The notes beneath the pieces are model-generated. The model was given only the letters and a program-made list of their open reading frames with translations. It was not told the origin of the DNA and did no database searches. Both the position numbers and the translations under genes were made by a program. From the NCBI GenBank assembly GCA_038087875.1, contig CM075998.1, positions 7,070,001 through 7,134,000 of the forward strand: DNA of 64,000 bases, written 5' to 3'. Source of the stretch: Malacoraja senta. Lineage: Eukaryota. Within the stretch, counting starts at the first letter, position 1. Each line of letters starts with the position of its first letter. This document shows, piece after piece, positions 37,554-48,628 of this stretch.

Positions 37554-38044
37554 AGTCTATCTGTCTCTCCCCTCTCTCTCTCTCTCTGCCCTTCTCTCTT
37601 CACAGCCTGCGACTCAACTCATGCACGCCTGCTCCAACCCACCCCCTTCACCTCTCTCCCCATCCTCTTCTTCCTCTCTCCACCCCTCTCCTCTCTCACT
37701 CTCCTCTCTCCCCACCTTCCTCTCAACCCTCCTCCTCCCCACCTCACAATTTTTTTTTCTAACATTAAATTTTCTCTCTCTGCACCACCCCCCCCTCGAG
37801 ACGTACCTGAGAGGTGAGGGCTATTCGTCAGTGGATAGGGTGGAGATGGAATAAAAGAAGAAAATTAAAATATTAATATAATATCAAGGGGTGTGATGAG
37901 TGTGTGTGTTTGTGGGTGCCAGATTCACACCCCGCAACCCTGCTTTGGAGGTACAGACCCAACGGGTGGTTAGTGTGACGTCACAGCCCCCCGCCCCAAA
38001 CGCACGTTCGGTGTCCAGACCCAACGGGTCTGCACTTGGTCTAG

Positions 38045-38491
38045 TTATTATATAAAACTCTCTGGCTGTCGTCCGTCTGTACGTCTGTACGTCTGTACGT
38101 CCAACGTTCTGCTTGACGTCCCGCCTTTGATACCGCCCCGCGCCCGCGCGGCGCGTGGAAACGCCGATATTTTTTACCGTTTCTAAAGAGGTTACGTTTA
38201 TCTTTACGAATAGACGATCCTGATTAAATTTGGTCGTTTTTATGTACACTTTTAAAAATAAAATACTTCTCCCCCCCCCACCCCCAAACATTTCAAAATG
38301 ATTAAAAAAACAGCTCAGCCATAGAATGTTAGTAAAGATTCCGTTGTGTGATGTCACAATGCCCGATGCTAACAGATGTCCAATGGGAATGGATTCATTT
38401 AGATATGCCTTGGCAGCAGCCCCAGCCCCAGCCCCTCCCCCCCACCCCCGCAGCCTGTGTCACGTGTGTGGCAATAGAGAAAGAGGACAGG
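38045..38491 (+). mobile_element. Non-autonomous Helitron-like unit E (5' part, runs into gap)
   Basis: Highly similar to 35291-35600 and 35840-35955. Confidence 0.75.
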
Positions 38492-38691
38492 NNNNNNNNN
38501 NNNNNNNNNNNNNNNNNNNNNNNNNNNNNNNNNNNNNNNNNNNNNNNNNNNNNNNNNNNNNNNNNNNNNNNNNNNNNNNNNNNNNNNNNNNNNNNNNNNN
38601 NNNNNNNNNNNNNNNNNNNNNNNNNNNNNNNNNNNNNNNNNNNNNNNNNNNNNNNNNNNNNNNNNNNNNNNNNNNNNNNNNNNNNNNNNNN
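38492..38691. other. Assembly gap (200 N)
   Basis: Run of N. Confidence 1.
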
Positions 38692-40343
38692 CCAGCACTC
38701 TGTGAAACGTCACCTATCCATGTTCTCCACAGATGCTGCCTGACCCGCTGAGTTACTCCAGCACTTTGAGTCTTGTTTTTTGTCAACCAGCATCTTGATT
38801 TTCAAAACCATCCTTGATTTCATCCCAAATCTTCCATGGTTTCAGGGCGTTTACCAACTTTGGCGTCTGTGAAAAATGGGTGCATTACGGGGAAAGGAAA
38901 CAGGTCACAGAACAATAAAGAAGTATTTTGCAGTAAAGAGGACAATTATATCTAATTTGTACACAGCAACTCCCAACGTGCAGTGAATTCAGAAACAAGT
39001 CCCTCCAATGTGTGGTCAACACTCCACCGTGTGGTGAAGCGGTGAACTGCTGTTCCGTCCAAATTACATCGTTAGACCGTAAAGATCTAGGAACAGAATT
39101 TAGCCCTTCTGCCCATCGAGTCTACTCTGCCATTCAATCATGGCTGATCTATCTTTCCCCCTCAACCCCATTCTCCTGCCTTCTCCAAATAACAGACACA
39201 AGGTGCTGGAGTAACTCAGCGGGACAGGCAGCATCTCTGGAGAGAAGGAATGGGTGACAATGGAGTTTAGAAGAATGAGGGGGACCTCATTGAAACGTAC
39301 AGAATAATGAAAGGCCCGGACAGAGTGGATGTGGAGAGGATGTTTCCACTAGTGGGAGAGTCTAGGACTAGAGGGCACAGCCTCAGAATTAAAGGACATT
39401 CCTTTAGGAAGGAGATGAGGAGGAATTTCTTTAGTCAGAGGGTGGTGAATCTGTGGAATTCTTTGCCACAGACGGCCGTGGAGGGCAAGTCGGTGGGATA
39501 TTTTTTAAGGCAGAGATTGATAGATTCTTGATTAGTATGGGTGTCAGGGGTTATGGGAGAAGGCAGGAGAATGGGGTTAGGAGGGAGAGATAGATCAGCC
39601 ATGATTGAATGGCGGTCAAGTGGCCTTATTCTGCTTACACCCGTGGTCAACACTCCCACCATTTGGCGTATTGCCTTTCCCTTAACAGACACAAAGTGCT
39701 GGAGTAAAACATGCAGCATCTCTGGAGATATAGAGTGATGGAGTGTGGAAACAGCTCTTCGGCCCAACTTGCCCACACCGGCCAACATGTCCTAGCTACA
39801 CTAGTCCCACCTGCCTGCATTTGGCCCATATCCCTCCATACCTGTCCTATCCATGTACCTGTCTAAGTGTTTCCTAAATGTTGTGATAGTCCCAGCCTCA
39901 ACTACCTCCTCTGGCAGCTTGTTCCATACACCCGCCCACAGAAAAAGTTACCCCTCAGATTCCTATTAAATCTTTTCCCTTCACCTTAGAGCTATGTCCT
40001 CTGGTTCTTGATTTGCCTACTCTGGGCAAGAGACTCTGTGCGTCTACCCGATTTATTCCTCTCATGAATTTATACACTGGCTTATATTTAGCCAGAGGGT
40101 GGTGAATCTGTGGAATTCATTGCCACAGATGGCGGTGAAGTCCAATTCAGTCGATATTTTTAAGGCGGACATAAATAGATTCTTGATTAGTGCGGGCGTT
40201 GAAGATTACGGGGGTCTGAAGAAGGGTCTCGACCCGAAACATCACCCACTCCTTCACTCTAGAGAAGATGCCTGACCTGCCTAGTTACTCCAGCATTTCG
40301 TACCTATCCACGTTCTCCAGAGATGCTGCCTGACCCGCTGAGT
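38692..40343. mobile_element. Patchwork of short CR1 3' ends and Penelope pLTR fragments
   Basis: CR1 pieces at about 39085-39190(-), 39259-39640(+), 39730-40075(-), 40085-40212(+); pLTR pieces at 38692-38795, 39194-39258, 39686-39728, 40213-40343. Confidence 0.7.
40212..40247 (+). ncRNA. Minimal hammerhead ribozyme motif
   Basis: gggt-CTGAAGA-a-gggtc-tc-gaccc-GAAA-c-ATC-accc; helices I and II pair. Confidence 0.6.
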
Positions 40344-42897
40344 TAGAAACATAGAAAATAGGTGCAGGAGGAGGCCATTCGGCTCTTCAGGCCAGCACCG
40401 CCATTCATTGTGATCATGGCTGATTGTCCCCTATCACTAATCCGTGCCTGCCTTCTCCCCATATCCCTTGATTCCACTAGCCCTAGAGCTCTATCTAACT
40501 CTCTCTTAAACCTGGAAGAGATGAGATTCCTCCTAGTAGGCAAAGTAGACCAATTTCAAAAGACGTGGTCTACGTTTTTGGACCTATTACAAGCATGAGG
40601 TGCAATAGTAATTTAGAAAAACAAATAAATAAATAAAGGTATCTGGACCTGGTAATGGGTGGTAAAACAAAAACAGACCTTGGTTGGTAGTTCCTTCTCT
40701 AATGAAGTATGTTATAAGAGTTATAATAGAGCGATTGTTCCCTTCTTTCTTTCTCTTTCTTTTTCTAGGGTCTATTTTCTAACTTTACTTCCTTCTCTAA
40801 CTTCTTTTCTAAGCGGCTTTCCTTTCCCAACACTCTTTTGCACTTCACAACCTTTGCGCACTTTCTTCACTTTTCTTACTTCTTTCTTTTTCTTTCTTAA
40901 AGTTTAAAAAAGTGAAGCGGTACAAAAAATGTATTAATATATACGTGTTGTACATTACTGTAATTTACCGTACTTCTATTAAAAAAAATAACTCTCTCTT
41001 AAATCCATCCAGTGATTTGGCCTCCACTGCCCTCTGTGGCAGGGAATTCACAGCTCTCTGGGTGAAAACGTTTTTTCTCACCTCAGTCTTAAATGACCTC
41101 CCTTTATTCTAAGACTGTGGCCCCTGGTTCTGGACTCGCCCAACATTGGGAACATTTTCTGCATCTAGCTTGTCCAGTCCTTTTAATAATTTTATATATT
41201 TCTATAAGAGCCCCCCTCATCATCCTTCTAAACTCCAGTGAATACAAGCCTAGCCTTTTCAATCTTTCCTCATATGACAGTCCCGCCATCCCAGGATCAA
41301 TCTCATGAACCTACGCTGCACTGGTCCTTCCTCAAATTAGGAGACCAAACTGTACACAATACTCCAGATGTGGTCTCACCAGAGCCCTATATAACTGCAG
41401 AAGAACCTCTCCTATACTGAAATCCTCTTGTTATGAAGGCCAACATTCCATTAGCTTTCTTCATTGCCTGCTGTACCTGTACGCCAACTTTCAGTGACCG
41501 GTGTACAAGGACACCTAGGTCTCTCTGTACCTCCCCCTTACCTAACCTAACCCCGTTGAGATAATAATCTGCCCCCTTGTTTTTGCTGCCAAAGTGGATA
41601 ACCTCACATTTATCTATATTATACTGCATCTGCCACGCATCTGCCCACTCACCCAATCTGTCCAGGTCACCCTGCAACCTCCTAACATCCCCTTCACAGT
41701 TCACACTGCCACCCAGCTTTGTGCCATCCGCAAACTTGCTAGTGTTGCTCCTAATTCCCTCTTCCAAATCATTAATATATATGGTAAACAGTTGCGGCCC
41801 CAACACCGAGCCTTGCGGCACTCCACTCGCCACTGCCTGCCATTCTGAAAAGGACCCGTTCACTCCTACTCTCTGCTTCCGGTCTGCCAACCAATTTTCT
41901 ATCCATGTCAACACCCTACCCCCAATACCATGTGCTCTAATTTTAGTCACCAGTCTCCCGTGCGGGACCTTATCAAAGGCTTTCTGAAAGTCTAGATACA
42001 CTACATCCACCGGCACCCCTTCATCCATTTTACTTGTCACATCCTCAAAAAATTCCAGAAGATTAGTCGAGCATGATTTCCCTTTCATAAATCCATGTTG
42101 ACTTGGACTAATCCTTTTACTGATATCCAAATGCCCCATTATTACCTCTTTAATAATTGACTCCAGCATCTTTCCCACCACCGAAGTCAGGCTAACTGGT
42201 CTGTAATTCCCCGTTTTCTCTCTCGCTCCTTTCTTGAAAAGTGGGATAACATTAGCTATCCTCCAATCCACAGGAACTGATCCTGAATCTATTGAACATT
42301 GGAAAATGATCACCAATGCGTCCACTATTTCTAGAGCCACCTCCCTGAGGACCCTGGGATGCAGACCATCAGGCCCAGGGGATTTATCATCCTTCAGTCC
42401 CATTAGCCTACCCAATACTATTTCTCGCCTAATGAAAATTTCTTTCAGTTCCTCTACCCCCTTAGATCCTCTGTCCTCCAGTACATCTGGGAGATTGTTT
42501 GTGTCTTCCTTAGTGAAGACGGATCCGAAATACCTGTTCAACTCTTCTGCCATTTCCTTGCTGCCCATAATAATTTCACCCGTGTCTGCCTTCAAGGGAC
42601 CCACATTTGACTTTGCTACTCTTTTTCCCTTATCATATCTAAAGAAGCTTTTACTGTCCTTCTTTATATTCCTGGCCAGCTTCCCCTCGTACTTCATCTT
42701 TTCAGCCCGTATTGCCCGTTTTGTTTCCTTCTGTTGTCCTGTGAAAATGTCCCAATCCTCTGGCTTCTGACTACTCTTTGCTGTGTTATACGTCTTTTCT
42801 TTTAGTTTTATTCTATCCCTAATTCTCTTGTCAGCCACGGTTGCCTCCTACTCCCCTTAGAATCTTTCTTCCTTTTTGGAATGAAATGATCCTGAAT
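40344..42897 (-). mobile_element. CR1/HER1 LINE, 5'-truncated, with nested L1
   Basis: 483-aa RT ORF 41387-42838, very similar to 14161-15424; tail at 40344-40360. Confidence 0.9.
40511..40988 (+). mobile_element. L1 3' fragment (second L1 subfamily) with 15-bp TSD
   Basis: LEEMRFLLVGKVDQFQKTWSTFLDLLQA* matches the L1 ORF2 end at 5552; different 3' UTR; A tail; TSD taactctctcttaaa at 40496-40510 and 40989-41003. Confidence 0.88.
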
Positions 42898-42968
42898 TTT
42901 GTGTCCGTTACGGGGAGAATGCAGGAGGTACAGGAAGATTGGGGAAATGAATGTGTGGCTGAGGAGTT

Positions 42969-45900
42969 AGAAACATAGAAACATAGAAAATAGGTGCATG
43001 AGTAGGCCATTCGGCCCTTCAAGCCTGCACCGCCATTCAATATGATCATGGCTGATCATCCAACTCAGTATCCTGTACCTGCCTTCTCTCCATACCCCCT
43101 GATCCCTTTAGCCATAAGGGCCACATCTAACTACCTCTTAAATATAGCCAATGAACTGGCCTCAACTACCTTCTGTGGCAGAGAATTCCAGAGATTCACC
43201 ACTCTCTGTGTAAAAAATGTTTTTCTCATCTCGGTCCTAAAAGATTTCCCCCTTATCCTTAAACTGTGACCCCTTGTCCTGGACTTCCCCAACATCGGGA
43301 ACAATCTTCCTGCATCTAGCCTGTCCAATCCCTTTAGAATTGTGTAAGTTTCTATAAGATCCCCCCTTAATCTTCTAAATTCCAGCGAGTACAAGCCGAG
43401 TCTATCCAGTCTTTCTTCATATGAAAGTCCTGACATCCCAGGAATCAGTCTGGTGAACCTTCTCTGCACTCCCTCTATGGCAAGAATGTCTTTCCTCAGA
43501 TTTGGAGACCAAAACTGTACGCAATACTCCAGGTGTGATCTCACCAAGACCCTGTACAACTGCAGTAGAACCTCCCTGCTCCTATACTCAAATCCTTTTG
43601 CTATGAATGCTAACATACCATTCGTTTTCTTCACTGCATGCTGCACCTGCATGCCTACTTTCAATGACTGGTCTACCATGACACCCAGGTCTCGTTGCAT
43701 CTCCCCTTTTCCTAATCGGCCTCCATTCAGATAATAGTCTACTTTCCTGTTTTTGCCACCAAAGTGGATAACCTCACATTTATCCACATTATACTGCATC
43801 TGCCATGCATTTGCCCACTCCCCCAGCCTGTCCAAGTCACCTTGCAGCCTCCTAGCATCCTCCTCACAGCTAACACTGCCCCCCAGCTTCGTGTCATCCG
43901 CAAACTTGGAGATGTTGTATTCAATTCCCTCGTCCAAATCATTAATATATATTGTAAATAGCTGGGGTCCCAGCACTGAGCCTTGCGGTACCCCACTAGT
44001 CACTGCCTGCCATTCTGAAAAGGACCCGTTTACTCCTACTCTTTGCTTCCTGTTTGCCAGCCAGTTCTCTATCCACATCAATACTGAACCCCCAATACCG
44101 TGTGCTTTAAGTTTGTATACTAATCTCTTATGTGGGACCTTGTCGGAAGCCTTCTGAAAGTCCAGATATAACACATCCACTGGTTCTCCCATATCCACTC
44201 TACTAGTTACATCCTCGAGAAATTCTATAAGATTCGTCAGACATGATTTACCTTCGTAAATCCATGCTGACTTTGTCCAATGATTTCACCACTTTCCAAA
44301 TGTGCTGCTATCCCATCTTTAATAACTGACTCCAGCAGTTTCCCCACTACCGATGTTAGACTAACTGGTCTGTAATTCCGTGTTTTCTCTCCCCCTCCCT
44401 TTTTAAAAAGTGGGGTTAGATTAGCTACCCTCCAATCCTCAGGAACTACTCCAGAATCTAAAGAGTTTTGACAAATTATCACTAATGCATCCACTATTTC
44501 TGGGGCTACTTCCTTAAGTACTCTGGGATGCAGCCTATCTGGCCCTGGGGATTTATCGGCCTTTAATCCTTTCAATTTACCTAACACCACTTCCCGGCTA
44601 ACCTGGATTTCACTCAGTTCCTCCCTCATTTGACCCTGGTATTTAAAAAAAAAAATAATAATAATTTTAATTTTTTATTAATTTATTAGAAGTATTTTAC
44701 ATAACAGTAATCTGCAAAAACGTAAATTTATACAGTTCTTGTACCACTTCTGTTTTTCAACTTTAATAGAAAGAAAGGATAGAAAGAGCTAGCAAAGACA
44801 GTCAGTGAGTGAATGAAAAAGTGGTCCAGGAACACAGATGTGAACCTAAACCACATGAAAAGAGAAAAAAGAAAATAAGATAGGACAATATGAAAGGGAT
44901 GCACCTACTTCTTATCTTTACTCACCCCTCGCCAGGACTTAAAACCATTTATTATCATCATTTTGTTGCACCCTATGTTTGTAATAAGTCGATATATGGA
45001 GACCAAATCTTTTGGAATTGGTCTTGTTTACCTGCTAGGAGGAATCTCATATCTTCTAGATGTAACAATTCCGACATATTAGAAGTCCACATTTTTATTG
45101 TTGGCGTAGGAGCATTTTTCCAAAATCTAAGTATTAATTTTTTTGCTGTTATTAAGCCATAACTAAGAAAACTCCTTTGAAACAAAGTCAACTCCAACCT
45201 TGCTTCTATTGTTCCAAAAATAATCAGTTCTGCATTCGGTTTCAGTTTTATTTTAAATAATTTAGTGAAAATTTCAAAGATTTCATTCTACATTTTTTGA
45301 ATTTTTATACAAAAAACAAAAGAATGTGCTATAGTTGATTCTTGGACTAGGCATTTATCACAGTTTGCAGCGGTATTTGGGTAAAATTTACTTAATTTAG
45401 CTTTTGAATAATATAATCTATGTAAAATTTTAAATTGAATCAGAGTATGTCTTCCGTTAATCGAACATTTATGCACATATAATAGATGTTTATCCCAACT
45501 CTCTTTCGAGATTTTTATAGCCAATTCCTGTTCCCATTCTCTTCTAATCCCGTCGGATGATGGAATTTCTATATTTAAAATGGAATTATATAGGTATGAT
45601 ATTAAATTAGCTGATTCTGACCCTGCTATTTCCGGCAGATTATTTATGTCTTCCTTTGTGAAGACAGAACCAAAGTAGTTATTCAATTGGTCTGCCATGT
45701 CCTTGTTCCCCATGATCAATTCACCTATTTCTGACTGCAAGGGACCTACATTTGTTTTAACTAATCTTTTTCTCTTCACATATCTATAAAAACTTTTGCA
45801 GTCAGTTTTTATGTTCCCTGCCAGTTTTCTTTCATAATCTATTTTCCCTTTCCTAATTAAGCCCTTTGTCCTCCTCTGCTAGACTCTGAATTTCTCCCAG

Positions 45901-48380
45901 TCCTCTGGTAGGTTGCTTTTTCTGGCTAATTTGTACGCTTCATCTTTTGTTTTGACACTATCCCTGATTTCCCTTGTTATCCACGGATGCACTACCTTCC
46001 CTGATTTATTCTTTTGCCAAACTGGAATGAACAATTGTTGTAGTTCATCCATGCAGTCTTTAAATGCCTTCCATTACATATCCACCGTCAACCCTTTAAG
46101 AATCAATTGCCTGTCTATCTTGGCCAATTCACGTCTCATACCTCAAAGTTACCTTTCTTTAAGTTCAGAACCCTTGTTTCTGAATTAATTATGTCACTCT
46201 CCATCCTAATGAAGAACTCAACCTTGGTCACTCTTGCCCAAGGGGCCCCGCACAACAAGACTGCTAACTAACCCTTCCTCATTACTCAATACCCAGTCTA
46301 GAATCGCCTGCTCTCTCGTTGGTTCCTCTACATGTTGGTTTCGAAAACTATCCCGCATACATTCCAAGAAATCCTCTTCCTCAGCACCCCTGCCAATTTG
46401 ATTCACCCAATCTATATGTAGATTGAAGTCACCCATTATAACTGTTTTACCTTTGTTGCACGCATTTCTAATTTCCTGTTTGATGCCGTCCCCAACTCCA
46501 CTACTACTGTTAGGTGGCCTGTACACAACACCCACAAGCGTTTTCTGCCCCTTAGTGTTTCGCAGCTCTACCCATATCGATTCCACATCCTCCAAGCTAA
46601 TGTCCTTCCTTTCTATTGCGTTAATCTCCTCTCTAACCAGCAATGCTACCCCACCTCCTTTTCCTTTCTGTCTCCTGAATATTGAATATCCCTGGATGTT
46701 CAGCTCCCAGCCTTGGTCACCCTGGAGCCATGTCTCCGTGATCCCATCTATATCATAATCATTAATAGCTATCTGCACATTCAACTCATCCACCTTATTA
46801 TGAATGCTCCTTGCATTGAGACACAAAGCCTTCAGGCTTGTTTTTACAACGCTCTTACCCCTTATACAATTATGTTGAAAAGTGGCCCTTTTTTATTTTT
46901 GCCCTGGATTTGTCTGCCTGCCACTTTTACTTTTCACCTTGCTACCTTTTGCTTCTACCCTCATTTTACACCCCTCTGTTTCTCTGCTCACACATTTAAG
47001 AAACCCACCACCTCTTATTCTCTGTTTATTATTTTTTTCTTCTTTCCCCCCTACATGTTGGGTCTGAGTGCTTCCCTTCTCTGCCTCCTGCCTCACACAC
47101 TGTCTATTAGCTTTCTCTATTTGAGTCCCTCCCCCCAACCGTTCTAGTTTAAAGTCTCCCCAGTAGCCTTTGCAAATCTCCCTGCCAGGATATTGGTCCC
47201 CCTCGGGTTCAAGTGCAACCCGTCCTTTTTGTACAGGTCACACCTTCCCCAAAAGAGGTCCCAATGATCCAGAATCTTGAATCCCTGCCCCCTGCACCAG
47301 TCCCTCAGCCACGCATTTATCCTCCACCTCGCTCCATTCCTACTCTCACTGTCGCGTGGCACAGGCAGTAATCCTGAGATTGTTACCTTTGCGGTCCTTC
47401 TCCTTAACTCTCCTCCTAACTCCCTAAATTCTCCTTTCAGGACCTCTTCTCTTTTTCTACCTATGTCATTGGTACCTATATGTACCACGACCTCGGGCTC
47501 CTCTCCCTCCCATTTCAGGATATCTTGGACACGTTGAGACACATCCCAGACCCTGGCACCAGGGAGGCAAACTACCATCCGGGTCTCCTGACTGCGTCCA
47601 CAGAATCGCCTATCTGACCCCCTAACTATAGAGTCCCCTATTACTATTGCCCTCCTCTTCTTTTCCTTACCCTTCTGAGCAACAGGGCCAGTCTCTGTAC
47701 CGGAGGTCCGGCCGCTGTCGCTACCCCCCAACAGTACTCAAACATGAGTACTTATTGTCAAGGTGTACAGCCACCGGGGTACTCTCTAGTCCCTGCCTGT
47801 GTCCCTTGCCCCTCCTAACCGTGACCCACTTGCCTGCCTCTTGTGGTCTTGGAGTGACCACCTCTCTATAACTCCATTCTATGACTACTCGCTCTCCCTG
47901 ACCAGACGGAGGTCATCGAGCTGCTGCTCCAGGTTCCTAATATGGTCCCTTAGGAGTCCCATCTCGATGCACCTGGCACAGATGTGGACGTCTGGAAGGC
48001 TATCTGACTCCATGACTTCTCACATCTGACATCCAGAACAGTAAACTGCCCTGGCCCTCATACTCCTCCCTTACCCTGGATACAATACAAAGTACAATAC
48101 AATACAATACAAAGTGCTGGAAGAAATCAGCAGGGATCCGACTTCCAATCAGCTGCTCCCTCTTGTCCGCTTGCACCAATCAGCGGCTTCCTCAAGCCCA
48201 CTTGTTTTGAAACTTGTTTGGAACGGAACGTTGGAATGTTACAGATTTGGGTTCCTCCCCGTGCAACCGCTCCAACGGCTCCTGGGCCTCTATAAAGCAA
48301 AGCCCCGCGATCAGGTTTTAAACTCACCGCTCGGACGTTGCTCCTCCCACTGCAGCCGCTCCAACGGCTCCTGTTCAGTA
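42969..48380 (-). mobile_element. Full-length CR1/HER1 LINE (5' UTR, ORF1 zinc finger plus SGNH esterase, ORF2 APE-RT, tail), decayed
   Basis: ORF1 ATG at 48061 (MRARAVYCSGCQM..HICARC); esterase 47144-47731 (VIGDSIVR, HIGTND, DGLHLN); APE 46218-46826; RT 43131-44629; tail (tttctatg)n; TSD gagtt at 42964-42968 and 48381-48385. Confidence 0.9.
44645..45617 (-). mobile_element. L1 3' fragment (same family as 5212-9794) nested in CR1
   Basis: Highly similar to 5235-6196; TSD tgaccctg(g/c)tattt at 44631-44644 and 45618-45631. Confidence 0.9.
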
Positions 48381-48628
48381 GAGTTGGTGCAGGGATTTAG
48401 ATTTCTGGATCATTGGGATCTCTTCCGGGGCAGGGGTGACCTGTATAAAAGGGACGGGTTGCACCTAAACTGGAGAGGGACCAACATCCTAGCGGGAAGG
48501 TTTGCTAATGATACACGGGAGGGTTTAAACTAGATTGGCAGGGGGGTTGGATCTTGTGCAGGACAGAGGCATGTGAGAGGTTAGAAGTTGGTATGGAGGG
48601 TGGTGTGGGAAAGGTTAGTGGACAGAAT

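Larger units (their letters stand above)
35287..38044 (+). mobile_element. Non-autonomous Helitron-like unit D (second subfamily), with nested Rex1 and Penelope-derived pieces
   Basis: Head TCTATTATTATATAAAACTCT after tcta stubs; 3' hairpin plus CTAG at 38041-38044. Confidence 0.75.

Noticed and set aside
39012..39660. Direct repeat gtggtcaacactcc(c)acc at 39012 and 39643 as the TSD of one composite element
   Set aside because: The enclosed DNA is a mix of unrelated fragments in both orientations; a single insertion event cannot be supported.
41577..44157. Recurrent antisense ORFs over CR1 RT (e.g. MKSGITLAILQSTG, PPKWITSHLS)
   Set aside because: Shadow frames opposite conserved RT coding sequence, repeated only because the LINE is repeated.
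44645..45617. Segmental duplication of 5212-6196
   Set aside because: It has its own TSD and different flanks, so it is an independent L1 insertion.
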